Below, piece by piece: positions 1 through 10,747 of a DNA stretch of 64,000 bases. The notes beneath the pieces were generated by a model. That model was not told where the DNA came from and made no database searches. It saw only the letters and a program-made list of their open reading frames with translations. The DNA is from Vulcanimicrobiota bacterium (lineage in GTDB: Bacteria > Vulcanimicrobiota > Vulcanimicrobiia > Vulcanimicrobiales > Vulcanimicrobiaceae), in the NCBI GenBank assembly GCA_963714015.1, contig OY970223.1, forward strand, positions 2,240,001 through 2,304,000. The letters are read 5' to 3'. Position 1 is the first letter of the stretch. Every line of letters starts with the position of its first letter. The position numbers and the translations under genes are program-made.

Positions 1-1400
1 GAATCGACAACAATCTGGTTCTTCCCGAGCATCGTCAAGAACCGCGCGTGATAGTCCTGATTGCGAAGCGCTTGAAATGGCCCTTGTCCGCCGCCCGAAG
101 GGCCGCTCGCGACGACGCCGTACCGCTGGGGAGTAACGCACGTCGAGCCCGCGTCCGTCGTGACCGTTATACCGTTCGGCGTCGACGAACTGCCAATCGT
201 GCAATCCGTGCTCGACGCCGCCTGATATTGCGCGTAGTCGGCGGTAATGAAGTCGTTGTCGCCGTTTCCGGTTTTGTCGTCCCATGACGTCGCCGAGTAA
301 CCGGTAAACGTGAGAGAAGTACTGGGCGAAAAGGACCACACGAGTTTTGCCAGGTCGTTGCGAAGCACGGCGTTACCGGTAACGAAGTAGGTGTCCGCAG
401 CGAGCGTTGCAGACGTCCAATCGTTCCCGCGCGCACCGGTTTGCGCAATAATTTGCGGCTGGAACTGACCGTAGGTGCCGTTCACGCCGTGGATGAGAAC
501 ATAACCGAGTTTGCCGAACGTTCCGCTCGCCTGCGTGGCGAAAAGTTGCGTGCCCTCGTCGCCGTATCCCCAGCGCATGATTCCCTCGGGCTGTTTCGTC
601 GGATCGATTGTTTGAAAGTCAATCGCGCCGCCGACCGCGTCGACGCCGTACAGCCCTGACGCTCCCGATCCGTAAGTGACCTGTGCGCCCTTCAACGCGA
701 ACACGGGCGAGTCGGCCAAATCGAAGCCTCCGGTTCCGCCGCCGATATCCCAGCCGGGATAGACGCCCGCCGGGCCGATAGGATGGCCGTCCAGAAGAAT
801 CTGCGTTTCGCTTGGTTTGAGTCCGCGTATGTCGATGCCGATGTCGTCGCCCCGCGACGAGTCCGCGTCGGCGCGGTTTACGCCTGGAAGCTTCCCGAGA
901 CTCTCAGCCAAGCGGAGTTGGTTCGTCTGCTGCACGACGTTCATGTCGACAGTCTGCTGGATTGTCGTCGTCGTCTGCAGCGTGCCGGCGCCGCCTGCCC
1001 GAATATTTGCGATCGTGCGGAGCGCTCCGCGCGAGACCGCCCGTATCAACGCCACGTTAACTGCGACGGGTCCGCTCAGCACGATGTCCTGCGAACGCCC
1101 ACTCTCATAGCCGGTCGCCTGCACCGAAATGGAGTAGATGCCGTATGGTACGGGACGAAACGCGAAATTACCGTAGGCATTGGAAACTGCCGAAGCAATG
1201 GCTTTCGTGCCCTGCTGTAATTGAAGCTGCGCATTGGCCACCGGAAGGCCGCCGTTTTGGTCGAGGATCACCCCGGTGATTGCCGCAGTCCGCGCCAACG
1301 GGGTTGGCGTCGATTGCGCGACGGCGCAAACCGTTACCGATACCGTGCAAACGATCGTGACGACGATCGAACGGACGAGCTGTTCCCAGTCGAGCCTCAT
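1..1400 (-). CDS. TonB-dependent receptor with carboxypeptidase-regulatory-like N-terminal domain (3' end runs off the window)
   Basis: Not in the ORF track because no stop lies in the window. I translated both ends by hand. ATG at 1400 follows AAGAGG and gives MRLDWEQLVRSIVVTIVC...AITGVILDQNGGLPVANA. The window edge reads LRNQDYHARFLTMLGKNQIVVD in the same frame, matching LGNQDYHARMTTTEGRNLVVLD of the upstream paralog. Confidence 0.85.
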   Translation of the reverse strand, partial: MRLDWEQLVRSIVVTIVCTVSVTVCAVAQSTPTPLARTAAITGVILDQNGGLPVANAQLQLQQGTKAIASAVSNAYGNFAFRPVPYGIYSISVQATGYESGRSQDIVLSGPVAVNVALIRAVSRGALRTIANIRAGGAGTLQTTTTIQQTVDMNVVQQTNQLRLAESLGKLPGVNRADADSSRGDDIGIDIRGLKPSETQILLDGHPIGPAGVYPGWDIGGGTGGFDLADSPVFALKGAQVTYGSGASGLYGVDAVGGAIDFQTIDPTKQPEGIMRWGYGDEGTQLFATQASGTFGKLGYVLIHGVNGTYGQFQPQIIAQTGARGNDWTSATLAADTYFVTGNAVLRNDLAKLVWSFSPSTSLTFTGYSATSWDDKTGNGDNDFITADYAQYQAASSTDCTIGSSSTPNGITVTTDAGSTCVTPQRYGVVASGPSGGGQGPFQALRNQDYHARFLTMLGKNQIVVD

Positions 1401-1445
1401 GATGGTACCTCTTTTCAGGTCCTTCCTCAAGGACGGCGCGTTACT

Positions 1446-4121
1446 CTATACTTTCTGAGATAGGGTGAACAAAAAGGCGCGTGGCGCCAAACCGAATTGC
1501 TCGGTTCCTTGCTGCAAGCCGCTGGTATCGGTGCCGTACGAGTTCTCAGGGATGAATACGCCTAATCCTATTCGGCCGTATATGTCCGAGGCTTCGTTGA
1601 ACAGGTTCGTCACGCCCAGAGTCGCGGCCAGCCCGTTACTCGTAACAGTTTGCGTCAATGCGGCGTTCGCAATGCCGAAAGGCCCGCGATTGAGCGGATT
1701 GTTTCCGGCGAAATGCGTGTAGTCCATATAGTATTCGGTTCGATCCGTGAGCGTCCAATCGAGCGTGGCACCGTACTTTTGCAGTGGGATCCCGACGAGC
1801 TGGCTGCCGTTTATCAAAGTAGGGTTAGACTGCTGCAAAAAGACCGGTGCATCGAAAATAGCCGAAGACTGCACGTCGTAGTACGCTTGCAGAGACATTC
1901 TGTGAAATCGGACGTTGCCGCTCAGCTCGATGCCGCGTGCGCGCTGTTTGGCCAAGTTGACGTTGGTCACGACCACCAAGTTCGAAATCGTCGGCGGAGC
2001 GCTCGGCGGGGAGAAGTTCGGGCAAATCGACTGGATGTGGGCGAAGATCGACGGAAGGTACGTCGAGCCCGCGGCGTTCAAGATGTCCTGGAAGTTCGAG
2101 GCCGGCACGTCTGCTTGGAAGATCGTATTCGTCTCGTTCGTATCGTACAGGACACCTTGCACCGATGCGTTTGCGTTGAAGCGGTGGCCGTAGGAGAATT
2201 CCAGATCGGCGGCTCGCTCCGGCTGCTCGTTCGGCGATTGCGCTTCGCCCACAGAGAAAATCTTACAGTTTCCGGCGCCGATGCCGCCCACTCCGGTGAG
2301 TTGCAGCGCCAGGGGCGCGGGATCCGCCGAAGACTTGCCGCCGGTTAACCGCAGCATGTCAGATCGAGTCGGGCGGAATAGTATGGACAACCGCGGATCG
2401 AACGAGTTGCCCCCGACGTTCGAGCTCTTCATCCATGCATTCAGGAAGAACGAGAGCGGTTGGGACGGCTGATACACCTCGCGAACGAAGAAACTGTTGA
2501 GGCGGTCGAATATCGGCGCATGGCCCAACACCGCAGTGCCGCTGATGTTGTCGCCGTTCGTGTACTGGCGCATCGAGAAGAGGCCGAAGCCGACGTCGTT
2601 TTTGGAAAGCGAGATGTCGTCGCTCAAAAGCGTTCCCATCGAGCGGTAGTCGACGTCCAAGATCGAGAGGGGCCCGTTGACGAACGACTCCGGCCGTTCG
2701 CGGTACTGCGTGTAGTTGTCTAGGTAAGAGTCCAAAACCACTAGGTTGCGGCCTTCGGTGGTCGTCATGCGCGCGTGATAATCTTGATTGCCCAAATGCT
2801 GGTATGCGCCGGGGCCTCCGCCGGCGGGACCGCTCGCATTCGCGGCGTACTGCTGCGGGGTGTAGCACTGCGTACCGGCATCCGTGCTCACGCTCAGGCC
2901 CGGTGAACCCGCACCGGTCGTGCAGTTCGTATTGTGCTGTGCTTGATAAAGTGAGTAGTCGTACGTGACGAAGTCGTTATCGCCCTCACCGGTCTTGTCG
3001 TCCAAAGAATTGGCAGCGTATGCGGTGAAGCTCAAGTTCGTGGCGGGCGAAAATGCGTATTGCACTTTCGCGAGATCGTTGGCAATATTGTAGTTTCCGG
3101 AAACGTAGTACGTAACGCCGCTCAAAGTGGCCGACGTAAAATCGTTACCCCGGATGCCGGTTTGCGGAATGATCGCACCTGGAAAATTCCCGAGCGTGTT
3201 CTCGATGCCGTGGACGAACGCGTAGCTCAGCTTGCCGAGAGTTCCAGTGGCCTGCGCATCGGCAATTTGGGTACCCATGTCGCCGTACGCCATTTTCAGC
3301 AGCCCTTCCGGACGCTGACTGGCTTGGATCGTTTGAAAATCGACGGCACCGCCGACAGCGTCCACTCCGTACAAGCCCGTCGCGCCGGAGCCGTACGTTA
3401 CGAGGGTATTCTGCAGCGCGAAGAGGGGAGCGACCTGATAGTCGAATCCGCCGTTGCCTCCGCCGATCCGCGAAGGGTAGACGCCGATAGGGCCAATCGG
3501 ATGTCCATCCAGCAGCACTTGCGTCTCGCTAGGCTTTAAGCCGCGTATGTCGACTGAGATGTCGTCGCCCACCGCGGAGTCTTGCCCGACTAGATTAACG
3601 CCCGGCAGCTCTGCAAGCCCCTCCGCCGCCCGCAGCTGGCCTACGTTCTGCATCAGTTTCGGATCGATCTGAGTTTGGACGGCCGTGGTCGTTTGCAGAC
3701 CACTCGCGCGCGTAGTCACATGAGCGATGGTCTTTTCTGACGATATATTCGCGGCCTGGAGGCGCGAGATCGTCACCGACACCTGCACCGGCGCACCTCC
3801 GACCACGATATCGTCCGAGCGAGCGGTTTGATATCCCGCTGCACTGACCTGAAGGTTATAAATTCCGGGCGCGACATTCGAGAACGTGAATGCCCCCGAC
3901 GGATCCGAAGTGGCATGCGCCACCGTATGATCTCCCTGGACCAACGCGATGGCCGCCCCCGGAACGGGAAGCGCCGCCCGGAGCTCCAGCACCGTGCCGG
4001 TTATCGTCGCGCCGGTGGCAGCCGGCTGCTGCGCGCGGACGAACGACGGCGTCGTTAAGAAGGCGGCGCAAACGAGAGCGCAGATGATGAACCGTATCTT
4101 GCGTGCGTCGAGTAACTGCAT
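1446..4121 (-). CDS. TonB-dependent outer membrane receptor
   Basis: 891 aa with a signal peptide, carboxypeptidase-regulatory-like domain (ITGTV...VPGA...G.FTFSNVAPGIYNLQVSAAGY), plug motif (IDIRG-like VDIRG...VLLDGHP...LYGVDAVGGAVDFQT) and barrel end GVTNLFN...PRAFLFTL. Confidence 0.88.
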   Translation of the reverse strand: MQLLDARKIRFIICALVCAAFLTTPSFVRAQQPAATGATITGTVLELRAALPVPGAAIALVQGDHTVAHATSDPSGAFTFSNVAPGIYNLQVSAAGYQTARSDDIVVGGAPVQVSVTISRLQAANISSEKTIAHVTTRASGLQTTTAVQTQIDPKLMQNVGQLRAAEGLAELPGVNLVGQDSAVGDDISVDIRGLKPSETQVLLDGHPIGPIGVYPSRIGGGNGGFDYQVAPLFALQNTLVTYGSGATGLYGVDAVGGAVDFQTIQASQRPEGLLKMAYGDMGTQIADAQATGTLGKLSYAFVHGIENTLGNFPGAIIPQTGIRGNDFTSATLSGVTYYVSGNYNIANDLAKVQYAFSPATNLSFTAYAANSLDDKTGEGDNDFVTYDYSLYQAQHNTNCTTGAGSPGLSVSTDAGTQCYTPQQYAANASGPAGGGPGAYQHLGNQDYHARMTTTEGRNLVVLDSYLDNYTQYRERPESFVNGPLSILDVDYRSMGTLLSDDISLSKNDVGFGLFSMRQYTNGDNISGTAVLGHAPIFDRLNSFFVREVYQPSQPLSFFLNAWMKSSNVGGNSFDPRLSILFRPTRSDMLRLTGGKSSADPAPLALQLTGVGGIGAGNCKIFSVGEAQSPNEQPERAADLEFSYGHRFNANASVQGVLYDTNETNTIFQADVPASNFQDILNAAGSTYLPSIFAHIQSICPNFSPPSAPPTISNLVVVTNVNLAKQRARGIELSGNVRFHRMSLQAYYDVQSSAIFDAPVFLQQSNPTLINGSQLVGIPLQKYGATLDWTLTDRTEYYMDYTHFAGNNPLNRGPFGIANAALTQTVTSNGLAATLGVTNLFNEASDIYGRIGLGVFIPENSYGTDTSGLQQGTEQFGLAPRAFLFTLSQKV

Positions 4122-4159
4122 AATGCGGACGCTCCAACTTCAATGTCCCGCCGAACTCA

Positions 4160-4945
4160 TCAGTCGCCGGGAGCGGATGCGACGGAAGCGCCGGTCATAA
4201 GACTGACGGCGCGGTCCATCGTAGTTGTTTTGGGATCCAACGATCCGACCCGGCGACCGTGGCGAAGAACGACGATCCTATCGGCCGCTTCGAAAACGTG
4301 CGGCAGATTGTGGCTGATGAAGATGACCGATATGCCTTTCGCGCAAACGCGCTGCATAAGACCAAGGACCAGTGCCGACTGCGCTACGCCGAGTGCCGCA
4401 GTGGGCTCGTCCATGATGACGACGCGCTTTCCCCACAGAACCGCACGCGCAACGGCGATGGCCTGCCGTTGTCCCCCGGAAAGCGTGTCGACGGTTTGAC
4501 GGATTTTCGAAACTTTGATTCCGAAGTCGTGCAGATGACGTTCCGCTTGCCCGCGCATAGCGGAATCGTCGAAGAAATCGAATCTTCCCAGGAATCCCTT
4601 GCGAACCGGTTCGCGGCCTAAGAATAAGTTTGCCGCCACGTCCAAGTCCGGAGCAAGGGCCAAATCCTGATACACCGTTTCGATTCCCGCACGCTGCGCG
4701 TCGCGCGGGCCGCCGAACGTACGAGCCACGCCGTCGACGAGGACCGCTCCCGTATCGGGCGTGACGGCGCCCGAAAGAATCTTCGTCAGCGTCGATTTTC
4801 CCGCTCCGTTGTCACCGATAAGTGCGACGATCTCTCCGGGATACGCTTCGAAATCGACGTCTTCGAGCGCGACGACCTTGCCGTAGCGCTTCGAGACGCC
4901 TTTCGCTTCGAGGACGGCCGCTCGAACGCCGGCAGCGACGCTCAC
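4160..4945 (-). CDS. sugar ABC transporter ATP-binding protein
   Basis: Walker A GDNGAGKS, signature LSGGQRQ, Walker B VIMDEPT. Confidence 0.95.
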   Translation of the reverse strand: MSVAAGVRAAVLEAKGVSKRYGKVVALEDVDFEAYPGEIVALIGDNGAGKSTLTKILSGAVTPDTGAVLVDGVARTFGGPRDAQRAGIETVYQDLALAPDLDVAANLFLGREPVRKGFLGRFDFFDDSAMRGQAERHLHDFGIKVSKIRQTVDTLSGGQRQAIAVARAVLWGKRVVIMDEPTAALGVAQSALVLGLMQRVCAKGISVIFISHNLPHVFEAADRIVVLRHGRRVGSLDPKTTTMDRAVSLMTGASVASAPGD

Positions 4946-5955
4946 GCGGACGCCGCCAGTCGCTTGCGATGCTGATCGGCAAAGACGAAAGCGATGATCA
5001 GCGCGCCTTCGAGCATGCGCGCAACCTGCGGATCGAAGTTCATCAGGTTCAGTCCGTTCGTCATAATCTGCACGAGCAAGACCCCTAAGAACGTGCCGGC
5101 GATCGTGCCGCGCGCTCCGAAAAGACTGGCGCCGCCCAGAACGGCTGCGGCAATGGCATCCAATTCGAAGCCCGTTCCGGCGTTCGGATCGCCTTGCGAT
5201 TGACGCGCCGTGATCAGCAGACCGCCGAGCGCCGCAAGCACGCCGCTAATCGCGTAGACCGTCAGGATCGTTGCGCCGACGTTGACGCCGGCGCGTCGCG
5301 CACTCTCGCGGTTGCTTCCGACGGCGTAAATATAGCGGCCCCGTCGCGTAAAGTGCAGAAAAATGCCGCAGATCGCGCTCACCCCAAGCAGCACCCAAAA
5401 GAGGTTGGGAATTCCGAACGTGCTGTCCGACGCGAAATTCACGAAGCCAGGCGCGTCGAACGCCACTTGTTGGCCATTGCCGAGAATCTGCGTAAGACCG
5501 CGCAAAACGCCTAACATGCCGAGCGTGACGATGAACGGCGGAAGCGCGCCGCCCAGAATGAGCGCGCCGTTCAGCAAACCCACGGCAAGTCCCGCCGTAA
5601 TCACGATCGGCAAGACGAATGCAACGGGCAGTTGGTTCGAGAGCGACAGCGCAGCCAGTATGCCGCCGAACCCCAAAAGCGATCCCACGGAAAGATCGAT
5701 CCCGGCGGTGATGATGACGAACGTTTCGCCTACGGCGATGATTCCCACCACGGCCATCTGGCGCGCGTTGTTTTCGATATTTTCAACGCTCAGGAATCCC
5801 GGCGCCGCCGCAGCGAAGACGACGAACAGCACGACGATGATGCCGACGAGGCCGAGGCGCAACATCGCCGTCCACACGGCCAAACGCCGATCGTCGCGGG
5901 TTGCCGGCGTGCCGGCACTGCGTTCCGGGGTGACGTTTGCCACACTCGGCGTCAT
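4942..5955 (-). CDS. sugar ABC transporter permease (RbsC family)
   Basis: C-terminal part of track ORF 4942..6600, with GIDLSVGS, GRYIYAVGSN and FELDAIAAAVLGGASLFG. ATG at 5955 overlaps the stop of the binding-protein gene. Confidence 0.9.
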   Translation of the reverse strand: MTPSVANVTPERSAGTPATRDDRRLAVWTAMLRLGLVGIIVVLFVVFAAAAPGFLSVENIENNARQMAVVGIIAVGETFVIITAGIDLSVGSLLGFGGILAALSLSNQLPVAFVLPIVITAGLAVGLLNGALILGGALPPFIVTLGMLGVLRGLTQILGNGQQVAFDAPGFVNFASDSTFGIPNLFWVLLGVSAICGIFLHFTRRGRYIYAVGSNRESARRAGVNVGATILTVYAISGVLAALGGLLITARQSQGDPNAGTGFELDAIAAAVLGGASLFGARGTIAGTFLGVLLVQIMTNGLNLMNFDPQVARMLEGALIIAFVFADQHRKRLAASA

Positions 5956-7021
5956 ACCGGCCGCGAAAAACCCATGTGACGCTTTGCTACGGGATCGAGC
6001 AGACGCTTGAATCTGCGGCGAATCGACGTTCTCCGGCGTCGCCGCGAAGACGCCCGTATCGATATTTTTGGGCACGTCGACGCCTGCTGCCGCCAATACT
6101 CCGTACGCCACACCGCCGTACCCCATTTGATACGGGTCTTGCAGGATGATCCCGTCAACGCTTCCCGATCGCAAAGCGCGCACGAGTTGCGGCGAGGGGT
6201 CGAAGCCTACCAACGAAATTTTTTTCGGATCCGTCCGATTCTCTCGAAACGCCGTGAGGGCGCCTTGCAAGGTGATGAGCGAGTCGGCAAAATAGCCGGC
6301 GAGATTGGGAAAGCGCGTCAGCGTGTCGGCAACGATACTGATGGGCTTTGTCGATTGGTCGCCGCCCGCGTCCTTGTGCGATACGACCTGAATGTTCGGA
6401 TATGCTTTGAGCGCGTCCAGGAAACCGCGATCGCGCAGCGTGAGTGAACCAACGCCGCTCAAGAAGGTCGAATAGGCAATCTGCCCGGCAGCGAGCTCCC
6501 GTTTTCTTGCGGATCGACTCGACGAGCGTGTGGGCCGCCAACATGCCGGCGGCGTGATTGTCCGTGGCCAAGAACGTGTCGTATGCCGTCGTGTTTGCAC
6601 CAGAGTCGATCAGAATGACTTTGATGCCGGCATCGTGGGCTTTTTGAATGGCCGGGACGAGCGCGCTGGCGGCTGTCGGAGCGAGCGCGATGAAACTCGG
6701 CCGCTTAGCGATTGCGTCTTCGACGATCTCAATCTGTCCGTGAATATTTGCCTCGGAGTTCGCGCCCGTGAACTGCAGCGCGTCTAGCCCGAACTGTTTG
6801 GCGGCGCTCTTGCCCCCGGCCAAACACGCCTGCCAGTAATCGGAGTTCGGGGTTTTAACGATAAATGAGAACCGGACCGCGCCCAGCGACGATTTAGCGC
6901 CTTGCGCGCAGTCGGTCAAGAACAGCAGTCCGGCGGCGCCGGCGGACGCCGGAGAAGATGCCGGCGTGAAAAGTCGGGCACGCGACCTCCAGAAAGCAGG
7001 CTTTCTCCCCAACTTCACCAT
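5952..7021 (-). CDS. sugar ABC transporter substrate-binding protein (RbsB family), frameshifted in this sequence
   Basis: Pieces in three frames: IVKTPNSDYWQ...IDSG...LATDNHAAG (6155..7021), RDRGFLDAL...VGFD...QDPYQMGY (4942..6600 frame) and a tail ending at 5952. Shifts near 6497 and 6003. Confidence 0.8.
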
Positions 7022-7033
7022 GTTATTGCGTCA

Positions 7034-7105
7034 TTGTCAATATCATTGCAAAACCGTGCCGTATGCTTTATGCTTGTGCGGAGCCTTATTGAGAATAGTG
7101 CAATA
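7034..7105. promoter_or_regulatory. divergent promoter region with two imperfect palindromes (candidate IclR operators)
   Basis: AT-rich spacer containing TTGTCAATATCATTGCAA and TATTGAGAATAGTGCAATA between the divergent transporter and IclR operons. Confidence 0.4.
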
Positions 7106-7120
7106 GAGGGAACGATTCGC

Positions 7121-7911
7121 CTGAGAAACCCAACGCTGATCAACTCTCTGGCGCGCGGCGTCAGCTATTCTACGCTTGCTGGCGGAGCGCGGCGGTGCTT
7201 TGGGGGTGACCGAGGTCGCCGAGCGCCTGCAAGTCGATCCGAGCACCGCATACCGTCTGCTCAGTACGCTCGAGGGCGATGGTTTCGTACGTCCAGGACC
7301 CGGCGACGAAAAAGTATTCGATTGGATACGGCGTGCTGGAAGTGGCGGCTGGACTACTGCGCGGCATGAGTGTCGTCGACGCCGCAAAGCCGTTCATGAG
7401 CGCGCTCTCGGCGAGTACCGGCGAAAACACGCACGTTGCAGTGCGAGAACCGGCGCGCGGCCGTTTCGGTCGGTTCCGAGTCCGCTTCCGGCATACTGCG
7501 CGTCGAAACAAAGGTCGGATCGGCCGAGCCCCTGCACTGCACGGCAGTGGGGAAGGCGCTGCTCTTCGACTATACGTATGCGCAGCTCGCCGAGCTTTTC
7601 GGCGGCGAGCCGCTGCAGCGTTATACGCCCAAACGATTACGACGCTCGATCTGCTCGATGCGGAACTTGCGCGCGTCCGCCGCCTAGGATATTCCCTGGA
7701 CGATGAGGAGTTGCATCCGGGAGTGCGCTGCATTGCGGCGCCCGTGCGGGATCACTTGGGCCGAGTCGTAGCGGCCTTCGGCATATCCTCGCCGGCGGTG
7801 CGCCTGAGCCGCGCCCGCATTCCGGAACTGGCGGAAGAGATTCGAACCGCCGCCGCGGCAATTTCCGTGCAGCTCGGAAACACAGCGCAGCGGGCGCCGG
7901 CGCTTCCCTGA
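7121..7911 (+). CDS. IclR family transcriptional regulator, several frameshifts, start approximate
   Basis: INSLARG...LGVTEVAERLQVDPSTAYRLLSTL (HTH), PLHCTAVGKALL and GYSLDDEELHPGVRCIAAPV, spread over several frames. Confidence 0.85.
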
Positions 7912-7927
7912 AACGAGGGATGTACGA

Positions 7928-9736
7928 ATGCGAATGACGGGAGGCCAAATCGTCGCGGCGTACCTGATCCGTGAAGGCATGCCGATGCTGTTCGGCGTGC
8001 CCGGGCATGGAATCACCGCACTGCTCGACGCATTCGTCGATCGCCGCGGCGAGATTTCCGTAGTTCAAGCTATCCACGAGCAGGGCGCGGCACATATGGC
8101 CGACGCTTACTATCGCGTGGCCCGCAAACCGTGCGGCGTTTTCACTTCGATCGGCCCGGGCGCGGCCAACACCGCGATGGGCGTCGCAAACGCATACATC
8201 GATTCCATCCCGCTGCTTCTGCTGACGGGTTCCGTGCATACGTACATGCGCGGGCGCGGAGTACTTCAAGAGCTCGAACGAACGCATTGGGCGAATTTTC
8301 CGCGAATGATGGAACCGGTCGTGAAACGTTGGTGGCAGCCGTGCAGTGCGGACCAGCTGCCCAACGTGCTGCACCTGGCTTTCAACGTAATGCTCGAAGG
8401 CCGCCGCGGTCCCGCGTACATCGACATTCCGATGGATGTGCAGGCGGAGTACGCGGACGTTGAGCATCTTCCGAAGCCCGTTTCGCGCAGGGCCAGGGGC
8501 CGCACGCACGGCGATCCCGCAATGGTCGAAGAGGCTGCAAAACTCTTGCTGGCTGCTGAGCGGCCCGTCATCATCGTCGGCGGCGGCTTGTCTGCCTCGC
8601 AAGGTTACAGTGAACTGCGCGAAGTTGCCGAGTTTATCGGTGCGGCGGTGACGGTCACGTGGATGGGTAAAGGGTCCATATCTGAAGATCACGAGCTGTA
8701 TGCATGGCCCTGCGGCGATCTCGGTTCGATCTCCGGGAATACGCTGACGCGTGAGGCCGACGTGATTCTTTCCGTCGGCTGCCGCTTCACCGATCGAACG
8801 GCATCGTCTTTCCGCCGAGGCGCGACGTTTAACATACCGCCGACGAAGCTGATCCAAATCGACCTCGACCCGTATGAAATCGGGAAAAATTACGACGTCG
8901 AAGTGGGAATCGTCGGCGATGCAAAAGCGACGCTAGCCGATCTGGTGAGCGCGCTGCGCGACCTTTCCAAGCCGCGCGACTATCGGAATACGCCGTACTT
9001 CGGCCGCATCGCGGAGTTGAAGACGCAATGGGAATCGGCGCTTGCATCGTCGCGCGAAAGCGACGCCGCCCCGATGACGATTTCGCGCGCTCTGGTCGAG
9101 CTGCGCAAAGTACTGGACCGCGATGCGATCGTCGTTACCGGAGCCGGGAATCCGCAGAGTCAAGTATTCAACGAGTTTCCGGTTTACGGTCCGGGCCAGC
9201 ACATAACGGCGGGCGGCTTCTCCGCCATGGGATTTGAAGTGCCCGGCGCGATCGGCGCGAAACTCGCAGCCCCGGATCGACAAGTCGTCGCCGTGGTCGG
9301 CGACGGAAGCTTCCTGCAGACGGCTCAAGAATTGGCGATGGCCGCGCAGTACGACATTCCGGCGGTATTCCTCGTCATGAACAACTACGGGTGGGAGTGT
9401 ATCAAGAACCTGCAGGTACTGCAGTTCGGGCCGGACCGCGTCATCGCAACGAACTTCAAGAAGCCTGACGGAACGCCGTTCTCAGCCGATCTTGCACTGA
9501 TGTCGAAAGCAATGGGCTGCCACTCCGAGCGCGTCGAGCACCCGGCCGAAGTCGGACCGGCGCTGCGGCGCGCGTTTGCCAGCGGACGCCCTGCGGTCGT
9601 TGAGGCATTGTGCAGCCGCGAGCTGCCCGGCAGCGGTTTAACCTCGACCGGATGGTGGGACGTCACGGTTCCCGCGTACCATCTAGACAAACGCAAAGCC
9701 TATGAGAAGGCCCGTTCGGAGGAGGCGCTCACGTAG
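7928..9736 (+). CDS. thiamine pyrophosphate-dependent enzyme (IolD/acetolactate synthase-like)
   Basis: FGVPGHG, IHEQGAAHMADAY, SIGPGAAN and TPP motif GDGSFLQ...MNN; inositol-gene context. Confidence 0.85.
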   Translation: MRMTGGQIVAAYLIREGMPMLFGVPGHGITALLDAFVDRRGEISVVQAIHEQGAAHMADAYYRVARKPCGVFTSIGPGAANTAMGVANAYIDSIPLLLLTGSVHTYMRGRGVLQELERTHWANFPRMMEPVVKRWWQPCSADQLPNVLHLAFNVMLEGRRGPAYIDIPMDVQAEYADVEHLPKPVSRRARGRTHGDPAMVEEAAKLLLAAERPVIIVGGGLSASQGYSELREVAEFIGAAVTVTWMGKGSISEDHELYAWPCGDLGSISGNTLTREADVILSVGCRFTDRTASSFRRGATFNIPPTKLIQIDLDPYEIGKNYDVEVGIVGDAKATLADLVSALRDLSKPRDYRNTPYFGRIAELKTQWESALASSRESDAAPMTISRALVELRKVLDRDAIVVTGAGNPQSQVFNEFPVYGPGQHITAGGFSAMGFEVPGAIGAKLAAPDRQVVAVVGDGSFLQTAQELAMAAQYDIPAVFLVMNNYGWECIKNLQVLQFGPDRVIATNFKKPDGTPFSADLALMSKAMGCHSERVEHPAEVGPALRRAFASGRPAVVEALCSRELPGSGLTSTGWWDVTVPAYHLDKRKAYEKARSEEALT

Positions 9737-10743
9737 TGGCCAGCGTTCCCGCGACGGCGGTTTTCGGCGCCGGACGAATCGGCAGAGTGCACGCACGAAA
9801 TCTTGCCGTCGAGCACGGCGCGGCTTTCGCCGGTGTGGCCGACGTCGATGAAGATGCAGCGGCGCGGCTCGTCGCCGAGTTAGGCTGCGGCCGCGCGGGA
9901 TCGGTCGAATCCTTTCTGCAGGATCCGGACGTAACCGCAGTTGTGATCGCGACACCGACCGGCACGCACGCAGATCTTATCGAGCGGTGCGCCTCCGCCC
10001 GAAAGCATATTTTCTGTGAAAAGCCGATCTCGCTGGACGTCGATGAGACCAATCGCGCAATCGCCGCCGTACGCCGTGCGGGCGTAACGATGCAAATCGG
10101 CTTTCAGCGGCGGTTCGACCCGAAGTTCGTGCGGGCGCGGCGTGCAGTCGAGTCGAACGAGCTCGGTCCGGTACGTTTCATACGGCTCGTCGGCCGCGAC
10201 CGCGCCCTGCCGCCAATCGAATACATTCGTACGAGCGGCGGTCAGTACAAAGATCAAATGATACACGATTTCGACGCTGCGCGCTGGCTCGCCGGTGAGG
10301 AAGTGGAAGAGGTGGTAGCAGTCGGAAGCGCGCTTGCCGATCGCCGGGTTGCGGATGCGGGCGACGTCGATACTGCCGTGGCTTGCCTGCGTTTCGCTTC
10401 AGGCGCCTTAGCGGTCATCGATGCATCGCGCGAAGCTCCCTACGGTTACGACGCGCGATTGGAGATTCAGGGATCGCGAGGCCTGTTCTTGGACGACGAT
10501 CGGCTGCGTTCGGGAACGGTGATGGACGCGTCATTTCTCACGCCGGACGCCGACTCGTTCGCGGATCGGTTCGGCGAAGCGTACAAGGTCGAACTTCACG
10601 AATTTCTCGCTGCGCTCGAGCGCGGCTCCGCTCCCAAAGCGCGCGGTGAGGACGCGCTCCAGGCGCTTCGCATAGCAATCGCAGCCGATCGCTCGCGGCG
10701 CGAACGGCGAACAGTGCAGCTCGCCGAGATCGAAGGCGCTTAA
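9736..10743 (+). CDS. iolG: inositol 2-dehydrogenase-like Gfo/Idh/MocA oxidoreductase
   Basis: GAGRIG, FCEKP, IGFQRRFDP, SGG...DQMIHDFD, YGYDARLEI. Confidence 0.85.
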   Translation: MASVPATAVFGAGRIGRVHARNLAVEHGAAFAGVADVDEDAAARLVAELGCGRAGSVESFLQDPDVTAVVIATPTGTHADLIERCASARKHIFCEKPISLDVDETNRAIAAVRRAGVTMQIGFQRRFDPKFVRARRAVESNELGPVRFIRLVGRDRALPPIEYIRTSGGQYKDQMIHDFDAARWLAGEEVEEVVAVGSALADRRVADAGDVDTAVACLRFASGALAVIDASREAPYGYDARLEIQGSRGLFLDDDRLRSGTVMDASFLTPDADSFADRFGEAYKVELHEFLAALERGSAPKARGEDALQALRIAIAADRSRRERRTVQLAEIEGA

Positions 10744-10747
10744 GCAC

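Noticed and set aside
4942..6600. Binding protein-permease fusion (552-aa ORF)
   Set aside because: Explained by a frameshift near 6003; the binding protein has its own stop at 5952, overlapping the permease ATG
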